This document shows, in pieces, positions 48,700-61,702 of a stretch of DNA of 64,000 nt. Both the position numbers and the translations under genes were made by a program. The DNA comes from Mobula hypostoma (Eukaryota): positions 4,898,001 to 4,962,000 of the forward strand of contig NC_086098.1 in the NCBI RefSeq assembly GCF_963921235.1, in the 5' to 3' direction. The first letter of the stretch is position 1. Every line of letters begins with the position of its first letter. The notes under the pieces were generated by a model that worked only from the letters and a program-made list of their open reading frames with translations, was not told the DNA's origin and ran no database searches.

Positions 48700-51600
48700 C
48701 ATTAAAATCATGAGGTGTGTAGATATGTCATAGTCTTTTCTCCAGGGCTGGAGAATCCCAAAACGTGAGAACACAGATCTACATCAATGATCTGGATGAT
48801 GAAGTGGTTAACTGGATCAGCAAATTTGGGGATGACACTGAGATTGGGGATGTAGTGTACAGTGAGGAAAGCTGTCATGGCTTGCAGAGGGAAATGCATC
48901 AGCTGGAAACTGGCTGAAAAATAGAAGATGAAATTTAACACAGACAAGTGCGAGGTGTTGCACTTCAACCAGAGTAGGTGTTACACAGTGAACGGTAGGG
49001 CGCTGAGTGTGACAGGACAAAGGGATTAGGGAATGCAGCTCCATATTGCATTGTAAGTAGTGTCACAGGTAGATATGTCCGTAAAGAAAGCTTTTGGTAC
49101 ATTGGCCTTCATAAATTAAAGTACTGAGTACAGGAGATGGGATGCTGCTGTATGTTGAAGTTGTATGAGACATTGGTGAGGCCTCATTTGGAGTATTATG
49201 TGTAGCTCTGGCCACCTACCTCAAAGTTCAAGGTAAAATTTGTGAGTACATGCATGTCACCACATACAACCCCGAGGTTCTTTTTCTGCTGGCATAGTTA
49301 GCAGATCTATAGAACAGGAAACTGTAAATCGTAATCATCAGGGACTGTCAACTGTAAACAAACTGTGCAGATATGCATATAAATAAATAAATAGCAATAA
49401 ATAACGAGCATGAAATAACAATATAACAGAGTCCCTAAATGAATGTAGTTATCCCTTTTTGTTAAAGAGCCTGATGGTTGGGGGTAGTAACTTTTTGAAC
49501 CTGGTGGTGGGAATACTGGGGCACCTGTACCTTCTACCTGATGGCAGCAGCAAGGAAAGAGCATGGCCTGGGTGGTGAGGATCTTCGACGATGGATGCTG
49601 CTACTCTACAGCAGCATTTCATGTAGATGGTTGGGAGGGTTTTACCCATGATGTACTGGGCTGAATCCACTACCTTTTTTAGGAATTTTCACTCAAAGGC
49701 ATTGGTGTTCCCATACCAGGCTGTAACGCAGCCGGTCAGCACACTTTCCATCGCACATCTATAGAAATGTGCCAAGGTTTTCGATGACATGCCAAATCCC
49801 CACGGACTCCTGAGTAAGCAGAGGCGCTGCTGTGTTTTCTTCGCAATAATATTGAGATGTGAATAAGGCTGAAAGAATACAGAGAAAATTAACAAGGATG
49901 TTGCTGGGCCTGCAGAACCTGAGTTACAAGGAAAGATTGAATAGGTTAGGGCTTTATTCCTTAGAATATAGAAGACTGACAGGAGATTTGATAGAGGTAT
50001 ACAAAATTTTGAGGGATATAGACAGGGTAAAGGCAAGCAGCCTTTTTCCACTGAGGTTGGATGGGACTACAACTAAGGATTAGGGTGAAAGGTAAAAACT
50101 TTAAGGAGAACATGAGGGGAAACTTCTTCACTCTGAGGGCGGTGAGAGTGTGGAATGAGCTGCCAGCACAAGTGTCCAAGCAAGCTCGATTTCAAAGTTT
50201 AAGAGAAGCTTGGATAGGTACATGGATGATGGGGATATGAAGCGCTAAGGCCCCAGTGCAAGACCATAAGACTTAGGAGCAGAATTAGGCCATCTGGTCC
50301 ATCGAGTCTGCTCCACCATTCAATCATGGCTGATACTTTTTTTTAAAACTCCTCCTCAACCCCAGTTTCCGGCCTCCTCACTGTGACCCTTGATGCCATG
50401 TCCAATCAAGAACCTATCAATCTCTGCCTTAAATACACCAAGCAACCTGGCCTACACAGCCGCATGTGGCAACAAATTCCACAAATTCACCACCCATTGG
50501 CTAAAGAAATTTCTCCGCATCTGTTTCGAAAGGGCGCCCCTTTATCCTGAGGCTGTGCCCTCTTCTGGGCAGAAGAGGGCCTTCTGTACAGGGCCCTGGA
50601 GTATTGTGTGCAGTTTTGGTCTCCAAATTTGAGGAAGGACATTCTTGCTATTGAGGGAGTGCAGCGTAGGCTCACGAGGTTAATTCCCAGGATGGCAGGA
50701 CTGTCATATGTCGAAAGATTGGAGCGACTGGGCTTGTATACACTGGAATTTAGAAGGATGAGAGGGGATCTGATCGAAACATATAAGATTATTAAAGGAT
50801 TGGACACGCTGGAGACAGGAAGCATGTTCCCGCTGATGGGTGAGTCCAGAACCAGAGGCCACAGTTTAAGAATTAGGGGTAGGCCATATAGAACAGAGTT
50901 GAGGAAAACTTTTTCACCCAGAGAGTGGCGGGTATGTGGAATGCTCTGCCCCAGAAGGCAGTGGAGGCAAAGTCTCTGGATGCTTTCAAGAAAGAGATGG
51001 ATAGAGCTCTTAAAGATAGCGGAATCAAAGGTTATGGGGATAAGGCAGGAACTGGATACTGATTGTGGATGATCAGCCATGATCACAGTGAATGGCTGTG
51101 CTGGGCTTGAAGGGCCGAATGACCTACTCCTGCACCTATTGTCTATTTTCCTCGACTCTCCCACCATGGGAAACATCCTCTCCACATCTACTCTGTCTCC
51201 GCCTTTCAATATTCAGAAGTTTCAATGAGATCCCCCCACATCCTTCCGAATTCCAGTGAGCGCAGACCCAGAGCCGTTAAACATTTCTCAGATAATAACC
51301 CTTTCATTCCTGGAATCATCCTTGTGAACCTCCTCTGGACCCTCTCCAATGCCAGCTTTTGTAAGATGAGGGGTCCAAAGCTGTTCACAATACTCAAGGT
51401 GAAGCCTCATCAGTGCCTTATAAAGTCTCAGCATCACATCCCTGCTCTAAAATTCTACAATAGGAGTAGGCAGTTTAAATGGTTTCAGCACAGACTAGAT
51501 GGGCCGAAGGGTCTGTTTCTGTACCATACTTTTCTATGTCTCTGTGACTCCATGACTCTAAGATTTGAGGGAGAAATTTAAAAGAGACCTGAGAGATAAC

Positions 51601-51780
51601 TTATTTACACAGAGGATAGTAAGTAACTGGTGGAACTGCCAGAGGAAGTGAAATATTTAAGAGGCAGTTGGATAAGTACATGGAGGGAAGGGGCTTAGAA
51701 GATTACGGGCTGGAAGTGGGCAACTGGGGCTAGCAGGAACGTTGGTAGGGTTGGCGTGGACCAGTTGGGCCATAGAGTCT
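48700..51780. mobile_element. Nested cluster of CR1 3' fragments (both strands) and a Rex1-like fragment
   Basis: ORFs 49859..50083 and 50608..51072 (CR1); 49449..49670 (Rex1-like). Confidence 0.8.
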
Positions 51781-51834
51781 ATTTCCATAAAACATAGAGC
51801 AGCACAGTATGTTTTAGAACATACTGCTCAAAAT

Positions 51835-52056
51835 AACAACACACATAAAAGTTGCTGGTGAACGCAGCAGGCCAGGCAGCATCTACAGGAAGAAGTACAG
51901 TTGACATTTCGGGCCGAGACCCTTCGTCAGGACTAACTGAAAGAAAAGCTAGTAAGAGATTTGAAAGCGGGAGGGGGAGGGGGAGATCCAAAATGATAGG
52001 AGATGACAGGAGCGGGAGGGATGCAGCCAAGAGCTGGACAGTTGATTGGCAAAAGG
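51835..52056 (-). mobile_element. Penelope pLTR fragment with hammerhead at 51899-51934
   Basis: Minus strand AGUC-CUGACGA-AGGGUCUCGGCCC-GAAA-U-GUC-AACU. Confidence 0.78.
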
Positions 52057-52371
52057 GACTTCTTGGCTCCATCCCTCCCCGTCTGCTCCACGAGGCGAGA
52101 GAATAGATTGCTGAGCCTCTGGCTAGGATCTTTATGTCCTTGTTGTCCACGGGAATGGTACTGGAGGATTGGAGGGAGGCAAATGTTGTCCCCTTGTTCA
52201 AAAAAGGTAGTAGGGATAGTCTGGGTAATTATCGACCAGAGAGCCTTACGTCTGTGGTGGGAAAGCTGTTGGAAAAGATTCTTAGAGATAGGATCTATAG
52301 GCATTTAGAGAATCATGTGCTGTACTATTCTATGTTCTATATCCCAACTTCCCAGGTTTGGTGGGACCCAA

Positions 52372-55300
52372 GTCATAGAACATAGAACATAGAACACAGA
52401 ATAGTACAGCATAGTACAGGCCCTTCGGTCCACAATGTTGTGCCAACCCTCAAACCCTGCCTCCCATAAAACCCCCCACCATAAATTCCTCCATATAGCT
52501 GTCTAGTAGTCTCTTAAACTTCACGAGTGTAACTGCCTCCACCACTGACTCAGGCAGTGCATTCCACGCACCAACCACTCTCTGAGTAAAAAACCTTCCT
52601 CTAATATCCCTCTTGAACTTCCCACCCCTTACCTTAAAGCCATGTCTTCTTGTATTGAGCAGTGGTGCCCTGGGGAAGAGGCGCTAGCTATCCACTCTAT
52701 CTATGCCTCTTATTATCTTGTACACCTCTATCATGTCTTCTCTCATCCTCCTTCTCTCCAAAGAGTAAAGCCCTAGCTCCCTTAATCTCTGATCATAATG
52801 CATACTTTCTAAACCAGGCAGCATCCTGGTAAATCTCCTCTGTACCCTTTCCAATGCTTCCACATCCTTCCTATAGTGAGGTGACCAGAACTGGACACAG
52901 TACTCCAAGTGTGACCTAACCAGAGTTTTATAGAGCAGCATCATTACATCGCGACTCTTAAACTCCTATCCCTCGACTTATGAAAGCTAACACCCCATAA
53001 GCTTTCTTAACTACCCTATCTACCTGTGAGGCAACTTTCAGTGATCTCTGGACATGTACCCCAAGATCTCTCTGCTCCTCCACAATACCAAGTATCCTGC
53101 CATTTACTTTGTACTCTGCCTTGGAGTTAGTCCTTCAAAAGTGTACCACCTCACACTTCTCTGGGTTGAACTCCATCTGCCACTTCTCAGCCCACTTCTG
53201 CATCCTATCAGTGTCTCTCTGCAATCTTCGACAATCCTCTACTCCATCCACAACACCACCAACCTTTGTGTCGTCTGCAAACTTGCCAACCCACCCTTCT
53301 ACCCCAACATCCAGGTCGTTAATAAAAATCATGAAAAGTAGAGGTCCCAGAACAGATCCTTGTGGGACACCACTAGTCACAATCCTCCAATCTGAATATA
53401 CTCCCTCCACCACCACCCTCTGCCTTCCGCAGGCAAGCCAATTCTGAATCCACCTGGCCAAACTTCCCTGGATCCCATGCCTTCTAACTTTCTGAATAAG
53501 CCTACCATGTGGAACCTTGTCAAATGCCGTACTAAAATCCATATAGATCACATCCACTGCACTACCCTCATCTATATGCCTGGTCACCTCCTCAAAGAAC
53601 TCTATCAGGCTTGTTAGACACGATCTGCCCTTCACAAAGCTATGCTGACTGCCCTTGATCAGACCATGATTCTCCAAATGCCCAGAGATCCTATCTCTAA
53701 GAATGTTTTCCAACAGCTTTCCCACCACAGATGTAAGGCTCACTGGTCTATAATTATCCGGACTATCCCCACTACCTTTTTTGAACAAGGGGACAACATT
53801 CGCCTCCCTCCAATCCTCCGGTACCATTCCCATGGACAACGAGGACATAAAGATCCTAGCCAGAGGCTCAGCAGTCTCTTCCCTCGTCTCGTGGAACAGC
53901 CTGGGGAATATTCCATCAGGCCCCAGGGACTTATCCGTCCTAATGTATTTTAACAACTCCAACACCTCCTCTCCTTTAGTATCAACATGCTCCAGAACAT
54001 CAACCTCACTCATATTGTCCTCACCATCAAGTTCCATCTCATTGGTGAATACCGAAGAGAAGTATTCATTGAGGACCTCGCTCACTTCCACAGCCTCCAG
54101 GCACATCTTCCCACTTTTATCTCTAATCGGTCCTACCTTCACTCCTGTCATCCTTTTGTTCTTCACATAATTGAAGAATGCCTTGGGGTTTTCCTTTACC
54201 CTACTCGCCAAAGCCTTCTCATGCCCCCTTTTTTGCTCTTCTCAGTCCCTTCTTAAGCTCCTTTCTTGCTTCCCTATATTCCTCAATAGACTCATCTGAC
54301 CCTTGCTTCCTAAACCTCATGTATGCTGCCTTCTTCCACCTGACTAGATTTTCCACCTCACTTGTCATCCATGGTTCCTTCATACTGCCATTCTTTATCT
54401 TCCTCACTGGGACAAATTTATCCCTAACATCCTGCAAGAGATCTCTAAACATCGACCACATGTCCATAGTACATTTCCCTGCAAAAACATCATCCCAATT
54501 CACACCCGCAAGTTCTAGCCTTGTAGCCTCATAATTTGCCCTTCCCCAATTAAAAATTTTCCTGTCCTCTCTGATTCTATCCTTTTCCATGATAATGCTA
54601 AAGGCCAGAGAGCAGTGGTCACTGTCCCCCAGATGCTCACACACTGAGAGATCTGTGACCTGACCCAGTTCATTACCTGGTACTAGATCTAGTATGGCAT
54701 TCCCTCTAGTCGGCCTGTCCACATACTGTGACAGGAATCCGTCCTGGACACACTTAACAAACTCTGCCCCATCTAAACCCTTGGAACTAATCAGGTGCCA
54801 ATCAATATTAGGGAAGTTAAAGTCACCCATGATAACAACCCTGTTATTTTTGCACCTTTCCAAAATCTGCCTCCCAATCTGCTCCTCTGTATCTTTGCTG
54901 CTACCAGGGGGCCTATAGAATACCCCCAATAGAGTAACTGTTCCCTTCCTGTTCCTGACTTCCATCCATACTGACTCAAAAGAGGATCCTGCTACGTTAC
55001 CCTCCTTTTCTGTAGCTATAATAGTATCCCTGACCAGTAATGTCACCCCTCCTCCCCTTTTTCCGTCCTCTCTACCCCTTTTAAAGCACTGAAATCCAGG
55101 AATATTGAGAATCCATTCCTGCCCTGGTGCCAGCCAAGTCTCTGTAATGGCCACGACATCATAATTCCATGTATGTATCCAAGCTCTCAGTTCATCATCT
55201 TTGTTCCTGATGCTTCTTGCATTGAGGTACACACATTTCAGCCCTTCTACCTTACTGTCTTTACGCCATTCATTCTACTTCTCTTTCCTCAAAGCCTCAA

Positions 55301-55597
55301 GTTCAGGTGCAACCCATCCAATCTGTGCAGGTCCCACCTTCCCCAGAAGAGATCCCAGTGATCCAAAAATCTAAAACCCTGCTCCCTGTACCAACTCCTC
55401 AGCCATGCATTCAATTGCCATCTCCTCCAATTCTTAACATCACCGTCACGTAGCACTGGCAGCAATCCTGAGAACACCACCCTTGAAGTCCTGTTCTTCA
55501 GCCTTCTGTCTCCTTCCCGAAACTCACACTTCAGGACCTCATCCCTCTTCCTGCCTATGTCGTTGGTCCCAACATGTATCACGACTTCTGGTTGCTT
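52372..55597 (-). mobile_element. Near full-length CR1 LINE (esterase ORF1 remnant, APE, RT, tail)
   Basis: ORFs 55289..55582 (HVGTND, DGLHLN), 54219..55232 (APE), 53135..54211 (RT, FADD) and 52684..52944; (gttctat)n tail. Confidence 0.95.
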
Positions 55598-56210
55598 TCA
55601 CTAGAATGATTCTGGGAATGAGAGGGTTAACATATGAGGAACGTTTGTCCGCTCTTGGACTGTATTCCTTGGAGTTTAGAAGAATGAGGGGGGGACCGCA
55701 TGGAAATATTTCGAATGTTGAAAGGCATGGACAGAGCGGATGTGGCAAAGTTGTTTCCCATGGTAGGGGAGTCTAGTACGAGAGGGTATGACTTAAGGAT
55801 TGAAGGGCGCCCATTCAGAACAGAGATGCGAAGAAATTTTTTTAGCCAGAGGGTGGTGAATCTGTGGAATTTGTTGCCACAGGCGGCAGTGGAGGCCAAG
55901 TCATTGGGTGTATTTAAGGCAGAGATTCATAGGTATCTGAGTAGCCAGGGCATCAAAGGTTATGGTGAGAAGGTGAGGGAGTGGATCTAAATGGGAGAAT
56001 GGATCAGCTCATGAACACACACCTCCCAAAGGGATCAGAAGTGGAGTGAGTGAGCAGTTTCAAGTTGCTGGATGTCAAGATCTCTGAGGATCGTACTTGG
56101 TCCCAACATATCAATGCAGCTATAAAGGCGGCAAAACAGCAGCTATATTTCATTAGGAGTTCGAAGGCATTTGGTTTGTTAACTTAACATTCAAAAATTT
56201 CTATAGATGT

Positions 56211-57244
56211 TTCTTGGCCTGTAAATTTCTTGGCCTAGTGGGCTGATACTGACGATTCGTCCCTCACTTCTCAACCCTGGCAGCCCCATTGACCAGCCTC
56301 ACCTGCAAGTTGGCCCGTAATCCTGTGGAATGGAGTGAGGAGTGTAAAAGTGCCTTCCAGGGCCTGAAGGAGAAATTATGCTCCTCCCCTGTGTTGCAGA
56401 ATCCTGACTTTGAACACCGCTTCCTGGTGCAGGTGGATGGCTCAGGTGTAGGCATCGGGGCAGTACTGGCTCAGGGAGAGCCAGGTGAGGAACATCCTGT
56501 GTTATATCTCAGCAGGAAACTTCTGCCCTGTGAAACCCGGTACTCCACAATCGAGGAGGAGTGTCTGGCAATCAAATGGGTGTCGGACAGCCTCAGCTAC
56601 TACCTTCTCGGGAGGGAGTTTGACCTCCAGACGGACCACAGAGCCCTGACCTGGATCCAGACAATGAAGGACCGGAATGCCAGGGTGACTAGGTGGTACC
56701 TGGAACTTCAACCTTTCAGGATCTGTGTGCGGCGGCACAAAGCAGGCAAGGAGAACATCACAGCGGACTTCCTGTCAAGACTGCCAAACATTTCCACTGC
56801 AGGAGAGGAGGGTGGTAATGTGACGAAGGCCCATCACTGACTACGGACGGCACATGGCGCACTCGGTAAAACGCTCATCCCCAGCAGTAATAGTGACTGG
56901 GTCTGAACCAGAGCTGCTGCATGGAGCTGTCTCAGATAGAGGCAGCGGCAACCTGCACAGGTGTGTTGATGGTGGAGGATACCATCTCTAATTGGATAAT
57001 TGAGTTAATTAGCTTTTGGTTGGTCTAGGGGGAGGAGCTTAGCAGTTATAAGCCTCAGGTTACCAAGGCTTTGGGGGGTAGTTTTCTTTTGTGTTTAGTC
57101 TGAGGGTGGCTATAATATGTTTTGTTTCTTTTTCCAGTTTTTGTCTTGTTTTGAGGTAAATAAAAGCACCTCACTCTATTTTTGTGACTCAAGCCATCTT
57201 GTTATTTTTCTTAAACAATTGACCCACAGTTTTTTTTTGTGACA
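56211..57244 (+). mobile_element. Gypsy 3' fragment: RT end + RNase H + PPT + LTR (56819-57244), inside a Rex1-like LINE
   Basis: FLVQVDGSGVGIGAVL, YSTIEEECLAI, QTDHRAL and ENITADFLSR motifs; purine tract before the TG...CA LTR. Confidence 0.88.
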
Positions 57245-58599
57245 ACCATGGAGAGCATTCTGACAGGCTGCATCACTGTCTAGTGCAGGGGACTACTGCA
57301 CAGGACCAAGAGAAGCTACAGAAAGTTGTAAAGTTAGCCAGCTCCATCTTAGGTACTAGTCTCTGTAGTATCCAAGACTTTTTTAAGGAGCGCTGCTGCA
57401 GAAAGGCGGCATCCATTATTAAGGACCCCCATCACCCAGAAAGTGCCCCCTTATCATTGCTACCATCAGGAAGGAGGTACAGAAGCCTTAAGACACACTC
57501 ACAGAGATTCAGGAACAGCTCCTCTCTTTTGCCATATGATTCCTAAATGGACATTGAACCCACGGACACTACCTCACTTTTTAAAAATATATATTACTTC
57601 TGTTTTTGCACTATTTTTCATATACATATATATTTACTGTAATTGATTTACTTATTTTTTCCTGTATTATCATGTATTGCATTGTACTGCTGCTGCTAAG
57701 TTAACAGATTTCATGACACATGCCAGTGATAACAAACCTGATTCTGATTCTGCTGTCTGTCTGTCTATCTGTCTGTCTGTCTATCCTTCAATGTTTCTCT
57801 ATCTACCTATTGTTGTCCAGAAAGACCTACAGTCTACAATCAGTGAACTTGAATAAATCAAGGGCAGTAGAAGCAGATAGACCAATTGCCTTATTTCTTG
57901 CTTTGAGGGAAGAGATGGAGGCTGCCATCTTATGAACAGACTTCTTCACTTTGTGAGTCAGTTGCTTGGCTTGATAGGAGTTTTAAAGTTGACACAATGA
58001 TGGCTCAGGTAATCTGCTGAACAAGGGACCATTTCCAAATAAGAAGTTATTTGTGAGGTGTTGGATATAACATGCAGGTTTTTGACTGTTGGGGTTTGAA
58101 TCTGTTCTGCGTGATTCAAGTGGTTGCAGATTGAGAAGAAAGAGCCATAAATTACCGACTGTCATTTGCTTGAAGAGGGCAATAAATGAATGCTGGCCTG
58201 GAGCAGAGCCAATAAAATGGTATTAAAGGTCAGACACATGACCAATAGCCAATGACACTGGAATTCAACATTTGAATCAGTAAGGAATGAATATAAAAAT
58301 ACATACTGGCAGTGGTAACTCTGTAGGAGACTGACTATCGCGGATGTGAGGTACCCATGGATACATGAAGATCCGAAATGCGAATACGAGAAACATGGCC
58401 AACATCAGAAATTCCTTTTTAACTAGTATTATATTTTCTGTATTTGACTGTTCATAGAAAGCCAGGAAAATTTAGTTGGTGTGCACACAAGTATTCGGTT
58501 GTGTAAGTACACGTTTTTCAGTTGAGACAGTAAAGGTACAGTACTTACAGATTCTCTCTGTGCCTCCCTGATCATTATTACAAGGGGTGATTCTTGTAA

Positions 58600-58740
58600 C
58601 GTATCTATCTATTTGTTTATCTATGTACCTATTTATCTATCTATGTGTCTGTCTTTATATCTGTCTGTCTGTCCACCTATCTGTTTGTCTATCTATCTAT
58701 CTATCTATCTATCTGTGTCTGTCCATCTATCTAGATAGCT
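58600..58740. repeat. (TATC/TGTC)n compound microsatellite
   Basis: Direct inspection. Confidence 0.9.
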
Positions 58741-59290
58741 ATATAATTATTTATTTAGAGATGCAGCATGGTAACTTATGAGCCCATGTCACCCAATTAC
58801 ATCCATGTGACCAATTAACCTACTAACCTACTATCTTTGGGATGTGAGGGGAAACTGGGGCACTCGGAGGAAACCCACGCAATCACAGGTAGAGGTACAT
58901 ACCCCTTACAGACAATGGTGAGAATTGAACCCAGGCTTCGTAGCTAACTGCTATGTTGCCATGCCGCCCAAAATAAGGGAATTTGTTTTTAAAGATAGAA
59001 AGTGATAGTACGTTGAAGCATGCTGCTGGGGAGGTGGTAGAAGCATCTACGATAGTTACATTTAAGAGCTATTTAGCCAGGCAGGGAATTAAGGAATATC
59101 GACCATCTGCAGGCAGATAGGATACGTTTGGACAGCAATCATGGTTTCCAGACACAATGTGTTGAAAAACCTGATCTCTGTTCCATATTCTTTACAATGC
59201 ACATTTTTAATTTAAAAAAAAGACTTCTATTAAGGAAAGAGTAATTAAATTCCATAGATACGGACATTAACTGGAGACATACTTCAGAGT

Positions 59291-60352
59291 TCAATCCCAA
59301 AACCATTTCTCCAAACTGGAGAGGCTTTTATATTCTTTATGTTGCTGAATATATTCACAGACAGAACACGCATGTTCATCCCAGAAACGAGTCTTCCTCA
59401 CGGTATAATATTTCCTCCATTTGAAGTAGTTCATGTATAAATCTTCGTTGCCATCCAGCACGTGAAGGAAGTCGGCCAGCTCCTTCGGTGACTGGAAGTC
59501 ATTCACATGAACGAAGGAATTGGCTGGAATATTATTTTCATAGTTTTCCCTGGGTGGGCCCAGGACCACAGGGACGCTCCCTGCAAGAAGAGCATTGAAG
59601 AGTTTTTCAGTGATGTAATCTTCATGTATCGAGTTTTCAAAGGAAAGGTAGAACTTGCATTTGGATATTGTTGGGATAAAATCATTATCATTTAGGCGAT
59701 ACCAAAGGAATCAACCAGAAATGACAACCTTCACATATTTGCGGAGTGCTTTGTAATACTTCACTCGGGCATGCTGCGAATCCCAGTTTCTAATGATCCA
59801 ACACACCAAGATATTTTTACTTGGTAATTTAAAATCTAATGGAACTTTGCTCCTTCTCAAAGATCCATAAGGCACGTAGATATCTGAATCCCGTCGATAC
59901 GTCAAGGTCAAGTTGAAGAGTTGGTTGAGGCCGTGCTTTTTTCGTGTGTGAGACGGTGACTCCAGATTCATCCAAACCCATTTCTGAAAAGTTGGCCGAG
60001 GATGTAAGAGGAGGTTGGCCAAGTCCTTCCTGATGTCGGAGTGGTGAAAAAGGACAGCTTGAGATTTATGGTACAATCTCCAATCTGCAGTTAAATAGCA
60101 ATTATTGATGTGAAAATCTAATTTACAAGTATTGAGTTCAAATGGCTGAACAAAAGGCCACAACCAAATCAGCACAATAGTTTCATTCTTCGAGGGGATA
60201 GAAAGTTTTTCCATGTTTAGAATTCTTGAAGGACCATTTATCCAGCTATGAAGTGGCCTCATGTATTGCAAAAGCAAGAATAAAAAACAGCCCACAATGA
60301 TGACAGAATGTAAAAGTGAGTGCAACTTTCCCTTCTTTGCTGCTGTTACCAT
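59291..60352 (-). pseudogene. FUT9: FUT9-like alpha-(1,3)-fucosyltransferase, single coding exon with one in-frame premature TGA (59711-59713)
   Basis: N-terminal TM anchor, LIWLWPF, WVWMNLESP, LFNLTLTYRRDSDI, FYLSFENSIHEDYITEKL (GT10 motif) and C-terminal LEKWFWD. ORFs 59711..60394 and 59291..59569 are in the same frame. Splice acceptor (ttctacag) 8 nt before the ATG. Same-strand FUT9-UFL1 adjacency is known in other vertebrates. Confidence 0.85.
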
Positions 60353-61054
60353 ATTGTTTCCTGTAGAATAAAAAAAGAGATAAAAATTGTTCACAAAATG
60401 CTGAAGAACTCAACAGGTCGGGCAGCGTCTATGGAAAGGAATAAAAAGTCAACAGAAATTGTTCCGAATTACTACGGTATCTTGAAATAATAACCAGGCC
60501 TGCAGGCTCTTGGACCGCCGTGAGTAACTTTACTCACCAGAATGTCGGTCCGAGGAGAAATCTGATAACCTCATTGCTACTCATATTTGTATCATCAAGA
60601 AAACCTCGGTTTCTTTTCTCAGTCTAATAAACAGTTCTAATTTACCCTGCAACCGTCAGGCTTGTGAACCAGAGGGAATAACTTCACTCACCTCATTGCT
60701 CAACTGTTCATTCACCGTATAGAATCGCTTTCAAGGACTCTTTATCTCAGGTTCTCAACATTTATTGCTTACTTATTATTATTAATTCTTTTAAAAACAT
60801 TTTTGCATTTGCATAGTTGGTTGTCTTTTGCACATCGCTTGTATGTGCAGTCGTGTGAGGTCTTTCATTGCTTCTACTGCGTTTCTTGTATTTACTGTGA
60901 ATGCCCACAAGAAAATGAATCTCAGGGTTGTATATGGTGACATGTATGTACTTTGATAATAAATTTACTTTGAACTTTGAATCCATGAATTAGTCAGCTA
61001 CAAATCTTAATGAATTTTACATTGTCAACTGAACCAGTCTCATCCATTTTTAAA

Positions 61055-61400
61055 CAAAACATAATCTTATAAACTCTTTCCGGGCTTCTAGCTGGGTACA
61101 AGTATTGATATTAACCAATGTTCCAATGACAAACCCTGCTATCATCAGTGATGATGTTTGGGCAGGCCTAGTCCAGTGGTATTTATAACCCACTGCCCCT
61201 CCTGATCAGTTGGTCCTCATCCAATCAGGTTTCTGGTGTCCCACCTTGTTTATAATAAAATTCCAGTTATTACCCAGAGCGAGACTTTTCCCTTTGTTAA
61301 AATTCTTTTCCTCTAGTTTTATTTCAATAGCTCCCTTCACCAGGCGGTCCCAAAAAATTATTGGCACGGCACAGTAGTTTTGTGCTGTCGAAATCAATCT
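61055..61400 (-). mobile_element. Second Penelope family: GIY-YIG C-terminal remnant and degenerate hammerhead
   Basis: FWDRLVKGAIEIKLEEKNFNK resembles the E-AIEI...N end of Penelope endonucleases; ctgatga...ggaac remnant at ~61115-61148. Confidence 0.6.
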
Positions 61401-61702
61401 TGCGCTTGCAGCTCATTTCACACACTCACGACCCATTGAGTGAAGAAGTTTCCTCCCATGTTCCCAATAAACTTCTCATGCTTCGCCCTCAACCCATAAC
61501 CTCTGGTTGTAGCCCCACCCAACTTTAGTGGAAAAAGACTGCTGGCATTGATCATATCTATACCTCTCATAATTTTGCATTCCTCTATCTAATCTGCTCT
61601 CAGTTTTCTACATTCTAAAGAAAACGGTCCAAACCTAGTCAATCTTTCCTTATAACTCAGGTCCTTCAGACCCGGTAACATCCTTGTAAATTTTCTTTGC
61701 AC

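Noticed and set aside
59711..59713. Selenocysteine or programmed readthrough at the FUT9-like TGA
   Set aside because: The position is not a conserved Cys, the context is not UGA-CUAG, and I recognised no SECIS; a nonsense mutation is simpler.
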